Part shown: positions 34,874-43,622 of the stretch, piece after piece
Numbering within the stretch: the stretch's first letter is position 1
Layout: each line of letters starts with the position of its first letter
DNA from: an uncultured delta proteobacterium
GTDB lineage: Bacteria > Myxococcota_A > Polyangia > Polyangiales > Polyangiaceae
NCBI GenBank assembly: GCA_963696385.1
Contig: CAVOKF010000001.1
Span: 288,001 to 352,000 of the forward strand
Direction of reading: 5' to 3'
DNA: 64,000 nt
Notes under the pieces: generated by a model
The model's input: only the letters and a program-made list of their open reading frames with translations
What the model was told of the DNA's origin: nothing
The model's database searches: none
Translations under genes and position numbers: made by a program

Positions 34874-35641
34874 TCACCGCACGCCTGCGGCGGCCTGCGT
34901 CGCCAGGGGACGCCCTTCGAGGAACTGCGCCCACAGCGCCTCTGCCCGGCGGACCGAGTCGCCGTAGAAGCTCCGGTCGAACCACTCGCCGAGCACGACC
35001 AGCCCACGGGACTTCGGCTCGTCAATCCCGTAGAGGAGGCGCAAGCCCGGGGGCGTCGAGCGCAGCGCGATCTCGCGGAGCGCGGCTGTGTGCGGGGGCA
35101 TGTCGACCGCCTCGATCCCGGCGGCCGCCAGAGCGGCGAAATAGCACTCGCGCACTTCCGACACGTCGACGACGCGCGCGAGGGCCGCCGCCGTGGAACG
35201 GCTCGGCGACCGAAACGGTGACAGCCGCCCGCGTGACTGCAGATCGGACAGCGAAAGCAAGCGAGTCGTAGCGAGACGCCGGATCCGACTCACCGCCGCG
35301 GTGACGGCGGCCGCGTCTGCGGCAGACAGGCGCGCCAGGCGTGCGACGAACGGCGTCGACTCGAGGTGCTTGATGACGCGTCTCACGTATCCGTTGAACT
35401 GCCCCCAGTCGTGCGCGAACTTCACGATCTCTGGGCCCATGCGCTCGGACAGATCCGGCAGCGGCCGGTCGGACAACGATGGGTGCTCGTACCACAGGAG
35501 CCACTCGCTGCTGCCCGGCGCTTCGGCCCGCGTGCCGAGCTGCACGATCACCTCGAGCGTCGCGGCGACGTCCTCCGCCGGGCCCGCGGCGAGCCCGGAG
35601 AACCAAGCGGCGAACCCGTCCGTCGTGAGGAGTTCGAGCAT
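34874..35641 (-). CDS. RelE/Gp49(HigB)-like toxin with a large internal insertion
   Basis: N-terminus (TTDGFAAWFSGL...LEVIVQLG) and C-terminus (LREI...LRLLYGID...LVVLG...FY) match the halves of Gp49-type toxins; lies upstream of the HTH gene. Confidence 0.65.
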   Translation of the reverse strand: MLELLTTDGFAAWFSGLAAGPAEDVAATLEVIVQLGTRAEAPGSSEWLLWYEHPSLSDRPLPDLSERMGPEIVKFAHDWGQFNGYVRRVIKHLESTPFVARLARLSAADAAAVTAAVSRIRRLATTRLLSLSDLQSRGRLSPFRSPSRSTAAALARVVDVSEVRECYFAALAAAGIEAVDMPPHTAALREIALRSTPPGLRLLYGIDEPKSRGLVVLGEWFDRSFYGDSVRRAEALWAQFLEGRPLATQAAAGVR

Positions 35642-35647
35642 GGTTTC

Positions 35648-35675
35648 AATATGTCTTAGACAGCATACTTGTCAA
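35648..35675 (-). promoter_or_regulatory. sigma70-type promoter with overlapping operator for the TA operon
   Basis: Minus strand TTGACA-N16-CATATT-N6-ATG; inverted repeat TGTCT-T-AGACA at 35652-35662. Confidence 0.7.
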
Positions 35676-35835
35676 GCGGGCCGGCGGATCGATTTGCGTT
35701 CGCGGGCTTGCGCGACCGGCTCGTATCCGACGTTACGTGTCTTTGATCACGCTCGCCCGGAACCGCGCCACCGGTTCACAGTCCGATTTGGCGTTCTGGA
35801 CCGCGGGGGGGTTCTTCCCTATCTCCCTCGTCAAG

Positions 35836-36420
35836 ATGACCAGCCTCGAGACCGCGCATCGGCAAAGAGCGTGGCGCGTCCACATTCTCGCGCACGACTT
35901 CGAACTCGAAGACCTCTGGATGTTCGACCTCGGCGGCCGCCGCGCGAGCGACGTGCGCGAGTTCCTCGCGTGCTTCTGGGAGGTGATGCACGGTCTCTCG
36001 GGCAACTGGCTCTTCAAGCTGCGGCTGCGCATCGGTCGCGCGATGAAGTGGGACGAACACGATCTCACGCTGGCCATCCCGGGCTGCTCGGAGGCGAGCG
36101 TGGAGGCGCGCCTTGACCCGGACGATCGCGCGCGCAACCTCGCCGACGCGCCGTCGCCGGTGCCGACGCCGAAGGTAAAGACGGTCTACGTCTTCGCGGA
36201 CGAAGCGCTCTACGAGCTATCGAACGACACGATCCACGCGCTGCTCCACGTCGCCATGACGAACGACGCCGAGGCTTCGCTCGCGGTCTACGTGAAGCAT
36301 CGTGGCGTGATGAGTCGCCTCTACATGGCGGCGATCTGGCCCGCACGGCATTTGATTCTCTACCCGTCGCTCGTTGCGAAGATCGAGTCGACGTGGCGGC
36401 AGACTCCGTCACCGGCGTGA
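35836..36420 (+). CDS. DUF2867-family protein
   Basis: HRQRAWRVHILAHDFELEDLW, ELSNDTIHALLH, YVK.RG and YMAAI.PARH motifs. Confidence 0.8.
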   Translation: MTSLETAHRQRAWRVHILAHDFELEDLWMFDLGGRRASDVREFLACFWEVMHGLSGNWLFKLRLRIGRAMKWDEHDLTLAIPGCSEASVEARLDPDDRARNLADAPSPVPTPKVKTVYVFADEALYELSNDTIHALLHVAMTNDAEASLAVYVKHRGVMSRLYMAAIWPARHLILYPSLVAKIESTWRQTPSPA

Positions 36421-36571
36421 CCATTGCGGATCGTCGGGCGGGAGCTTAAGACGGTGACCCTGAGAAAGGGTGCCGACGACTGTTTCGAGGCTAACGTCCT
36501 GGCGATTCGTTGGGGCCTTGGCGACGCGCTGCTCGCCGACCGCGAACGCTCGCCCGCAGCTGGCCGAGGTC

Positions 36572-38731
36572 TCATTGCGCTCGGCAGTATCGCGCGAGCG
36601 TATTGTCCGCCAAAAGAGCGATGACGTCTCCGTTTGGCACGAACGCCGCAAGGACGGCCGCCGGGTCGAGGACGCGTTGCTCGCCATTGGGCAGGTGAAG
36701 GAGCGTCGTGCCGGAAACGACCCAGTTGCCCTCGGGCGAGAACTTGGCGCGGTTGTTCGTCAGCTGGGGCAAGGTTTGGATCACCGTGCCGTCGGTCAGC
36801 GAATAGAGAGCGTGCTCGCAGCTTGCGTTATCACAATGGCTGACGAGGGCTTCATTGGCGTTCGGACGAATCTGTACGTCATCCCAGAGCCCCCCGCCGC
36901 TCCCCGCATCATCGGCGCCTGCCGAGTTCCAGACCTCCGACCAGTCGGAGACCCGAAAGAGCGCGGGGTCGGTCGTCACCACGAGGCTCTCGTCGGCGTT
37001 GAACACGGCGCGCCCGTCGCATCGGACCGTCGGCAAGCGGGCGACTTGGGTGTTGTCGCTGATGTTGAGCACGTCCACGGCGTTGTCGTACGCGCCGACG
37101 ACGAACCAATCGTTGTGAGGGGACAGCCGGGCGCCAGTCACGAAGCAGTCAGAAGGCTGCCCGACGTTTGCAGGTGGGGGGGTGGGCAACTCGAGAAGAG
37201 CCCCCGTGTCGGTCGATTCGATCCCGCCCCAGCGGTCCCCCGAGACCACGTATTCGGTTCCGTCGGGCGAGAACGCATCGTCGATGCGGATCGACGACTG
37301 GTCGATCGAGACGATGTTGGATTGAACGAAGTCCGGGTCGATGCGCCACATCATCGTTCCGACCAAGAAGTGCGTTCCGTCGGCGGATGCGGCCATATCG
37401 TTCGGTTGAACGCCGGTTGGGGCCGGAGGGGGGATTGCCCCGACGACATCCAATGGCTCGCCGCTCGGCAGATCGAACAGAGCCACCCAGCTGCTCGGGG
37501 GGTTCGTCCATAGAGCCAGTCGGCCGCTGCTGTCGATCGCCGAACAGCAGTCGTACACGGCCTGCTGTGTCAGTACCGACTCGACCGCGGAGCTGGCCAC
37601 GCTGACGACTCGATCCGTGAGGAGCACGAGTTCGCCCGCCGGCGAGAACACAGTCACTTCCCCCGGCTGGCTGAACGACGAATATGCGAGGCTTCCATCC
37701 GAGCTCCACAGCGCGCTGCCCGCGGATCCACTGCCCGCAGAATTGAACGAGAGTGCCTCCCCCGCCACGCTGTCTCCGCGGGGCGAGACGCGCAGCATGA
37801 ATGGGCGAACCTCCCAGCCGGGGGGTAGGTCTAGGGGAACACCCGGCCCTTGGACGGGGGGAGGGCAGGGGGAAACGCACGCCGCGGCGGGCACCGCGTA
37901 GGTCAGCAGTGCCGGCTGGCTCGTGGGCTCGTTCGAAGCGCCATTGTCGACCGCAACCAGCTGGCCCATCCGGATGGCTGCGGACGAAAAGGCTCCGGGC
38001 ACTTCGGCCACCAGCGCACCGTCGGAGGTCCGCCAGATGCAGGTGGAGTTTCCGCCCGTTTCAAGGACGTAGTCGCCTTCGGCGGAAAACTGGAGGGCGC
38101 CCAACGTGCACTCGGGCGGCTCCACGAGGTCGAGCACGTTCGCGCCATCCGTCGTGCTGAGGACTTGCAAGGCCTGCGTGCCAGCCGTGGCGAGAAGGGT
38201 CCCGTCCAGGGAGACTCCGAACGTTGAAGCGGTACCGTTCGCAGCCGCGAGCTGTCGGACCGGGCGCCACGTGCTGGCGGAGTGCACGAGAATGCTGCCA
38301 TCGACGTACGACACAACGATCTCGCCGCTCGGTAGAAACTGGGCCTGCGTCGCGAGCGGCGTCGGCGCGATCGATCCGCACTTTTGCCATGACCATTGGC
38401 CCGAGACGCTCGGGTCGACGGGCCCTTGGGATGCGGCCGAATCGCTCGCAGCACTTTCGACGCTGGCGTCTTTTGCCACGCTGTCGCCGTCGAGACTTCC
38501 GTCACTGCCGGCGGATGCGCTAACTCCGGCGTCGGGCGCCGAGTTGGCCGCGTCGATGCCCGCGTCGTCTGGCGCTGATCGAGCGACGTCCAGGACTTGG
38601 CCGCAGCCGAGAACCGCAATCGGCAGCAGACACGAAGAGCTGAACACCAGCCACGACGATGGCAGGTGTTTTCGTCCCAAGACCAGGTCCGCCCCGTCTC
38701 GCAGTTTCCGCGAAATCACCGACCGGTCCAT
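36572..38731 (-). CDS. WD40/beta-propeller repeat lipoprotein (start approximate)
   Basis: VLGC lipobox, DAG linker, repeated FSPDG/FSAEG...W blades. Confidence 0.8.
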   Translation of the reverse strand: MDRSVISRKLRDGADLVLGRKHLPSSWLVFSSSCLLPIAVLGCGQVLDVARSAPDDAGIDAANSAPDAGVSASAGSDGSLDGDSVAKDASVESAASDSAASQGPVDPSVSGQWSWQKCGSIAPTPLATQAQFLPSGEIVVSYVDGSILVHSASTWRPVRQLAAANGTASTFGVSLDGTLLATAGTQALQVLSTTDGANVLDLVEPPECTLGALQFSAEGDYVLETGGNSTCIWRTSDGALVAEVPGAFSSAAIRMGQLVAVDNGASNEPTSQPALLTYAVPAAACVSPCPPPVQGPGVPLDLPPGWEVRPFMLRVSPRGDSVAGEALSFNSAGSGSAGSALWSSDGSLAYSSFSQPGEVTVFSPAGELVLLTDRVVSVASSAVESVLTQQAVYDCCSAIDSSGRLALWTNPPSSWVALFDLPSGEPLDVVGAIPPPAPTGVQPNDMAASADGTHFLVGTMMWRIDPDFVQSNIVSIDQSSIRIDDAFSPDGTEYVVSGDRWGGIESTDTGALLELPTPPPANVGQPSDCFVTGARLSPHNDWFVVGAYDNAVDVLNISDNTQVARLPTVRCDGRAVFNADESLVVTTDPALFRVSDWSEVWNSAGADDAGSGGGLWDDVQIRPNANEALVSHCDNASCEHALYSLTDGTVIQTLPQLTNNRAKFSPEGNWVVSGTTLLHLPNGEQRVLDPAAVLAAFVPNGDVIALLADNTLARYCRAQ

Positions 38732-39008
38732 ATCGCTGTGGAAGAGTACATGTTCGGATTCGACTCGGCCAGACCGGACCCGCTTGCGGGTCCCGACGCC
38801 TTAGCCCGAAAATCCGCCATCGGCCGTACCGCCGCCGTCTCGCTGCCCTTGGTCTTCATGAAAGATTTTCTCGCTTCGCACGATGCAATCACGCAAGCCA
38901 CAACTGACTCGCCTCGCGTCGATTGCAACCGTACGATCAATAAACGCCCTGGATGGATGTGCACCCACCCGCAAACGGCGCTACGACCCGCTACATGCCG
39001 CCGCCTAC

Positions 39009-39565
39009 TCAGTGATAAAAGGACACTTCGTAGACGCAGAAATCGAAGATAATCGGAGCTGCGCCCGCGTCTGCGGCCAGGTCTTGCTGGAGGCCGAACG
39101 AGAGGAAGGTCAGGGTCGTCGGGTCGACGGAGGTCTCATTTGTACCGCCGTAATACGGGTTCGGGATAAAATTGGCCCAGGGCACCCAGATCTGCTGCCA
39201 GCCGGCGGAGAGACTGGTCAGCGTGCCGCCATCGTCGCTCAGGAGGGTTCCGGCGCCCTGGTGGTGAAAAGCCCCCCGGTCCCTAAAGAGATGGTCCAAG
39301 CACCTTTCGTCCCGCAGGGCGGTGGCGTAAAGCTGATGCTCGAACCGGTCATGTCGTCGATGAGCGCTTCGGTCGCCGGACCGCTGCAAGCCTTCACCGA
39401 CGACGCGTCAGCAGGATGGCTGGAATCGGGTCCCGTCTCGCGACCGGCGTCCTCGGCGGACGTGCCCGTCGAAGAGCCGCACCCGAGCGCTTCGGATGTG
39501 ATGGTCGCCATAGCCACCAAGCGCACCGCCGCGCTCAATGCGCTTTTCGCATTCCTGTTTCTCAT
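39009..39565 (-). pseudogene. Frameshifted/internally deleted lipoprotein with a carbohydrate-binding (CBM11-like) domain
   Basis: ALGC lipobox and LIDD in one frame; LSAGWQQIWVPW...VDPTTL...FDFCVYEVSFY in another frame. Confidence 0.55.
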
Positions 39566-39583
39566 GGCTCACTCTCCCCAACA

Positions 39584-39597
39584 GCAAAACATTGTCC
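39584..39597 (-). promoter_or_regulatory. Putative sigma54 promoter
   Basis: Minus strand GG-ACAATGTTTT-GC-T upstream of ATG 39565. Confidence 0.5.
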
Positions 39598-39945
39598 CAC
39601 GGCCATGCGCGTCGTTTTCATAACGACCGCGCTGAGCAAGCAGCTTTCATGGGTAGTCTTTCCGCGGCTTTGGAAACCTTTTGATTCTGCGCAGCCTTTG
39701 GCTGTCGCCGCCGGTCCCCGAGGGCGCCGGTTTCGCCGGGACCGCCGGAGCCCGGGTCTCGGCGGGGTCGCCCTCGCGGTCCATCAGAGGCGTGCGAGCA
39801 ACTGCTGCGACGGCTGCGATGCGCCGCGCGCTCAGTCCCGATCCGTACTGCAGGCGTCTGTCGAGCGAGTCGAGCATCCCCTCCTCGTTTAGCAAGTATG
39901 GGGCCTGCTGCTTCACCCGCGCAACGCCGGGCCGCGCGGGGAAAT

Positions 39946-39985
39946 TCATGTCCGATCGGACATGACGATCATGTCCGATCGGACA
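39946..39985. promoter_or_regulatory. Tandem palindromic enhancer (UAS) sites, copy A
   Basis: Perfect 20-bp palindrome TCATGTCCGATCGGACATGA (39946-39965) plus TGTCCGATCGGACA (39972-39985); centres 23 bp apart. Confidence 0.8.
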
Positions 39986-40030
39986 AGCGCGACTTCTCGC
40001 AGGCAGCGCGTTCCGTGGGAATTCATGGAT

Positions 40031-40044
40031 GGACCAGCGGGTGC
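40031..40044 (+). promoter_or_regulatory. sigma54 promoter upstream of the GFA gene
   Basis: T-GG-ACCAGCGGGT-GC-A, conserved in the second copy. Confidence 0.75.
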
Positions 40045-40123
40045 ACATGCCGCCGAACATGAGCAACGTTGCGACCGGAAGGACCAAGGGCTTCTTCGCC
40101 CATCCAGACGCAAGGAGAAGACA

Positions 40124-40549
40124 ATGAGCGAGCACAAGGGAACCTGTTTCTGCAGAGCAGTCGAGTTCACCGTTGAGGGCGCGCCGGCCGCGATGGGGTA
40201 CTGCCATTGCGAGTCTTGCCGCCACTGGTCCGCTGGACCGATCAACGCGTTCACGCTCTGGAAGCCCGAAGCCGTGAAGGTCACCAAGGGTTTGGACAAC
40301 CTCGGCACGTATCACAAGACCGAGACCTCCCACCGCAGGTGGTGCAAGAAGTGCGGTGGGCACGTCCTCACGGAGCACCCCGGCATGGGGCTCACGGACG
40401 TTTATGCCGCAGTCATCAAGGACTTCAAGTTCGAGCCGCACCTGCATATAAACTACGGCGAGGCCGTCGTGCGCGTTCGCGACGGGCTGCCGAAGCAAAA
40501 GGACTTCCCCAAGGAGATGGGCGGCTCTGGGGTGCTCCTCCCGGAGTAA
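40124..40549 (+). CDS. GFA family (Zn-binding, Mss4-like) protein
   Basis: CFC, CHCESCRH and CKKCG motifs; AAGGAG RBS. Confidence 0.93.
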   Translation: MSEHKGTCFCRAVEFTVEGAPAAMGYCHCESCRHWSAGPINAFTLWKPEAVKVTKGLDNLGTYHKTETSHRRWCKKCGGHVLTEHPGMGLTDVYAAVIKDFKFEPHLHINYGEAVVRVRDGLPKQKDFPKEMGGSGVLLPE

Positions 40550-40956
40550 GGCAGCCCGCGACGGGATCTGGCGGCTCGCGCTCGCGTCTCACGCTGCCCG
40601 ACCCAGCTCGACGAGCGCGGTTCTAAATTCATCCACGTAGGGACACGTAACATGGTCGTTCCGCGTGAGGCGTCTTGACGACGGATTGGGGTGGGTCCCT
40701 GCGTCCCCAGACGCCCGCTGATGCCCGCGCCTCGGCGCGCGGTTAGCCACTACCGTCCGTTTCCCATCAGTGGTTCAACGCGGTCTCGCACGGCGGCGTT
40801 TTGCGTCGTAGCCTGTCGGGGCCCGGGGTCACGAAACCAGCAAAATTTCGCGGATCGCGCGTGAATGACCGCCCTCCGTGGTTGCCGGTTTCGGAACCGA
40901 GCTCCGTATTTGGCGTGGGCCCGGACCGAGCACCCGAACCGGAAGGACACCTTGGT

Positions 40957-41423
40957 CTACGACGCGATCATCGCCTTCAGCGGCCACGTTCCTCTGATCC
41001 GCGTAGCGGCCGGATCGTGAGCCACGTGGCCGGATGTGCGGGCGTAACGCGACGGTCGCAACGTGGTCCACCCGGCCGCCGAAAGAGGCGGCGGAGCCGC
41101 GGCGGCGCCGCGGCGGCGCGATGGTCGCGAGCTGCCGATGTGCCGAGTGCCGTACGAGTAGGCGTCCGTCCGACCAAATCGCCGCTGCAGTAACAACGGA
41201 CGCTCCGCGGATGCGTGGTAGGCGAGCCGCCGTTGTTCGAAGCACCAGCGTTCGAGGTTGCAGCCGAGCCCCCCAGCTCTTTGGGGACGGGCGCGACGAG
41301 ATAGCCTGCTTTCTTCAGGTCCGCGACGTCCTCGGCGAAGAACTGATTGCTCGCGTCGTAACCGGGTGCGCGCTCGGCGAAGGTCTTCAACGTTCGGTCG
41401 TCGAGAAGCGATGACGTCGACAT
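40957..41423 (-). pseudogene. Degraded acyl-CoA dehydrogenase
   Basis: FAERAPGYDASNQFFAEDVADLKKAGYL..PVPKELGG, then a frameshift to EQRRLAYHA; most of the gene is missing. Confidence 0.7.
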
Positions 41424-41457
41424 GGCGGTCCCTCTCCAGTTCGTGTCGTGGATGGTT

Positions 41458-42231
41458 TCACCTGGGCGAGGCCTGGGCCTCGCCGCGTTGCGGCCTTGCC
41501 AGCAGCTTCTTGAACGGGAGAAGCATTCCTACCTGATCGCGATACGCGCGATAACGCTCACCGAACTGCGCCACGAGGTCACGCTCTTCGAACCAGATGC
41601 CGAGCAGGATGTACCCGGTCGTCGCCACCGAGAACACGAGGTGCCCGAGCGTCATGACCGGCGTGGCCCAGAAGGCGAGGATGAAGCCGAGGTAAATCGG
41701 ATGGCGGACGTACCGATAGAGCACGGGCGTGCGGAATTTCGGCTCCGGCAGCTCCCGACCGCGAAGCCGCGCGACGACCTGGAGCACTCCGAAGAGCTCG
41801 AAGTGGCTGATAAGGAAAGTGCTAGCGAGCACCAGTCCCCAACCGAACCAGGAGACCGCCTGGAGCGCGTATGCAGGCCCCGGCTCTGTCACGGTCCAGA
41901 CGGCGCCCGCGATCGGCTGCCACTGCCAGCAGAGCAGGGCCAGCGCCAGGCTCGCAAAGAGCACGAACGTACTCCGCTCGACCGACCTCGGCACGATGCG
42001 CGTCCACCAGCGCTTGAACGCGGGTCGCGCCATGACGCTGTGCTGTATGGCGAAGAGCCCGAGAAGGGCCGCGTTCACCAGCAACGCGGTGGCCGAGAGC
42101 GCACCGGCACCGGGTGCGTCGATCGACTTGTGCACCGCCACGTTCTCCACGAATCCGATCGCGTAGAGGAAGGTGCAAAGAAAGAAAACGTATACGGCGA
42201 TTCCATAGATGGTCCCGTTGATGCGCCCCAT
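41458..42231 (-). CDS. mddA: Methanethiol S-methyltransferase (ICMT/PEMT family)
   Basis: FAIQHSVMARPAFKRWWTRIVP..ERSTFVL, ISHFELFG, LYRYVRHPIYLGF and EERDL are characteristic of MddA. Confidence 0.85.
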   Translation of the reverse strand: MGRINGTIYGIAVYVFFLCTFLYAIGFVENVAVHKSIDAPGAGALSATALLVNAALLGLFAIQHSVMARPAFKRWWTRIVPRSVERSTFVLFASLALALLCWQWQPIAGAVWTVTEPGPAYALQAVSWFGWGLVLASTFLISHFELFGVLQVVARLRGRELPEPKFRTPVLYRYVRHPIYLGFILAFWATPVMTLGHLVFSVATTGYILLGIWFEERDLVAQFGERYRAYRDQVGMLLPFKKLLARPQRGEAQASPR

Positions 42232-42279
42232 GGCGGCCTCCGTTTGCAGGTGTGGGTGAAAAACGTCCGGTGATGCGAA

Positions 42280-42925
42280 TCAAATCGTCGGCGGCGTCGA
42301 CTCGCGCCCGTCCCACGTGGTCGTCGTGTCGAAGACGAGGTTGGTGGATGGCGGCGGGCGGCGGAACAAGAAAGCTGGCCGCCGACCCCCGCGGAGCCCG
42401 GCGCGATGCTGCAGACCTTCGGATTCGTCGCGGACTCGAGGGTGAAGCCGGCATTCTCGGGGATGCCGATCTGGACGCGAATGAGGCCGTATTCGGTGAC
42501 CTCGCTCGAGAAGGACTTGTCCGGCCCTCGCGACGGGCTCGTCGGAGGACAGTCCGATCCGTCGACGGGAGCGAAGAGCGGATCGTGCGCAGAGAGCGCC
42601 TGCGCGGACCCTGGCGTCAACGTCCACGCATCCTGCTCAAGGTGGCACGTATTGCACGTGCGCCCGTTCGTACCGAGGTTCGCGAAGAAGCCGTTCGTCG
42701 TCACGGTAGCAAAGTCGTTCGTCGACGTGGTCGCCTGCGACGGGCCCTGGTTGCCCTCATCTTTCTCGGACGGCAAGCCTTTCGATTGAACGGACGACAT
42801 CCATTGAATCGACGACGTGAGCGGATCGTCCGCGCCGCTGGCCGCCGCCGTACAGCCGGCCATCGCAATCACGGACACGGCCACCACGGGTCGGGGGAAG
42901 GCGGCATCGCTGTTTCGTTGCTCAT
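42280..42925 (-). pseudogene. Truncated, frameshifted c-type cytochrome (cytochrome c peroxidase-like) lipoprotein
   Basis: MAGC lipobox, FFANLGTNGRTCNTCH, DPLFAPVDG, GLIRV; frameshift to FRRP..STNL..WDGRE, then stop. Confidence 0.7.
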
Positions 42926-42939
42926 GTTCGGCGGTATGT

Positions 42940-42953
42940 GCACCTGCCGGTCC
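42940..42953 (-). promoter_or_regulatory. sigma54 promoter towards the cytochrome remnant and mddA
   Basis: Minus strand T-GG-ACCGGCAGGT-GC-A. Confidence 0.75.
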
Positions 42954-42998
42954 ATCCACAAACTCCCGCGAAAAACGGCATCCGTCGGAAAGCGTGCG

Positions 42999-43038
42999 TA
43001 TCCGATCGGACATCAACGTCATGTCCGATCGGACATGA
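42999..43038. promoter_or_regulatory. Tandem palindromic enhancer (UAS) sites, copy B
   Basis: TATCCGATCGGACA (42999-43012) plus perfect TCATGTCCGATCGGACATGA (43019-43038); centres 23 bp apart. Confidence 0.8.
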
Positions 43039-43106
43039 ATCCACCCTGTAGGCCCGGCGTTGCGCGCGTTCCGCAGCAGGCCTCATACTTGCCTGTGGCA
43101 AGAGGG

Positions 43107-43622
43107 ATGCTCGACGCGCTCGACGGACGGCTGCAGTACGGATCGGGGCTACGCGCGCAGCGCGCGGCGGAGGCGTCGCTTCTGGTCATGGTGTTGTTCA
43201 CCAGCGATCTGCGCTTCGCGTATGTGGCCCTGGGCTTGTTCGTGGTGCAGGCGATTTCGCCGCGGCTCGTTCCCGTCGGCGTGCTCGTTGCCTCGATCGT
43301 CCCGGACCGAAAGCGTCACGCGGTGGGCGACCTGTACTTCGATCTCGCCGGCAGCCGCGGCTCATGCGCGATCGCGGCGCTGATCATCGCGGGCGGGATC
43401 GCGCTCGTCCACTCGGGGCTGCGCGCGGCGGGATTCCTCCTCCTCGCGCTGCCCACCGCTGGGGCCGTTCTCGCCCCCGCCGTGGGGTTCTGCCCCGGAG
43501 TCACGACCTACGTGCTGATACGGGAGGCGTTCGCGCGAATTGGACTGGTCACGAGGTGTCCCCATGGTGCATGCGATGTCGACGTCGACCGCGAAGAAGT
43601 CGCTCGCGGTCATCAACGGTAA
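43107..43622 (+). CDS. DUF4395-like small membrane protein with Cys motifs
   Basis: About four hydrophobic segments, GFCPG motif and C-terminal CPHGAC; overlaps the kinase start. Confidence 0.65.
   Translation: MLDALDGRLQYGSGLRAQRAAEASLLVMVLFTSDLRFAYVALGLFVVQAISPRLVPVGVLVASIVPDRKRHAVGDLYFDLAGSRGSCAIAALIIAGGIALVHSGLRAAGFLLLALPTAGAVLAPAVGFCPGVTTYVLIREAFARIGLVTRCPHGACDVDVDREEVARGHQR

Larger units (their letters stand above)
39821..40068. repeat. Copy A of a 248-bp diverged inverted duplication (partner 42916-43163)
   Basis: Its reverse complement aligns without gaps to 42916-43163 (about 78% identity by hand count). It includes the remnant start MLDSLDRRLQYGSGL at 39877 on the minus strand. 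Confidence 0.95.
42916..43163. repeat. Copy B of the 248-bp inverted duplication
   Basis: Gap-free match to the reverse complement of 39821-40068. Confidence 0.95.

Noticed and set aside
36425..36510. Riboswitch-like hairpins after the DUF2867 gene
   Set aside because: No match to riboswitch consensus motifs I know, and it lies between convergent gene ends.
39946..39985. Palindrome pair as a mini-CRISPR or terminator
   Set aside because: Only two units about 6 bp apart, no loop or U-tract; the position relative to the -24/-12 site fits an enhancer.
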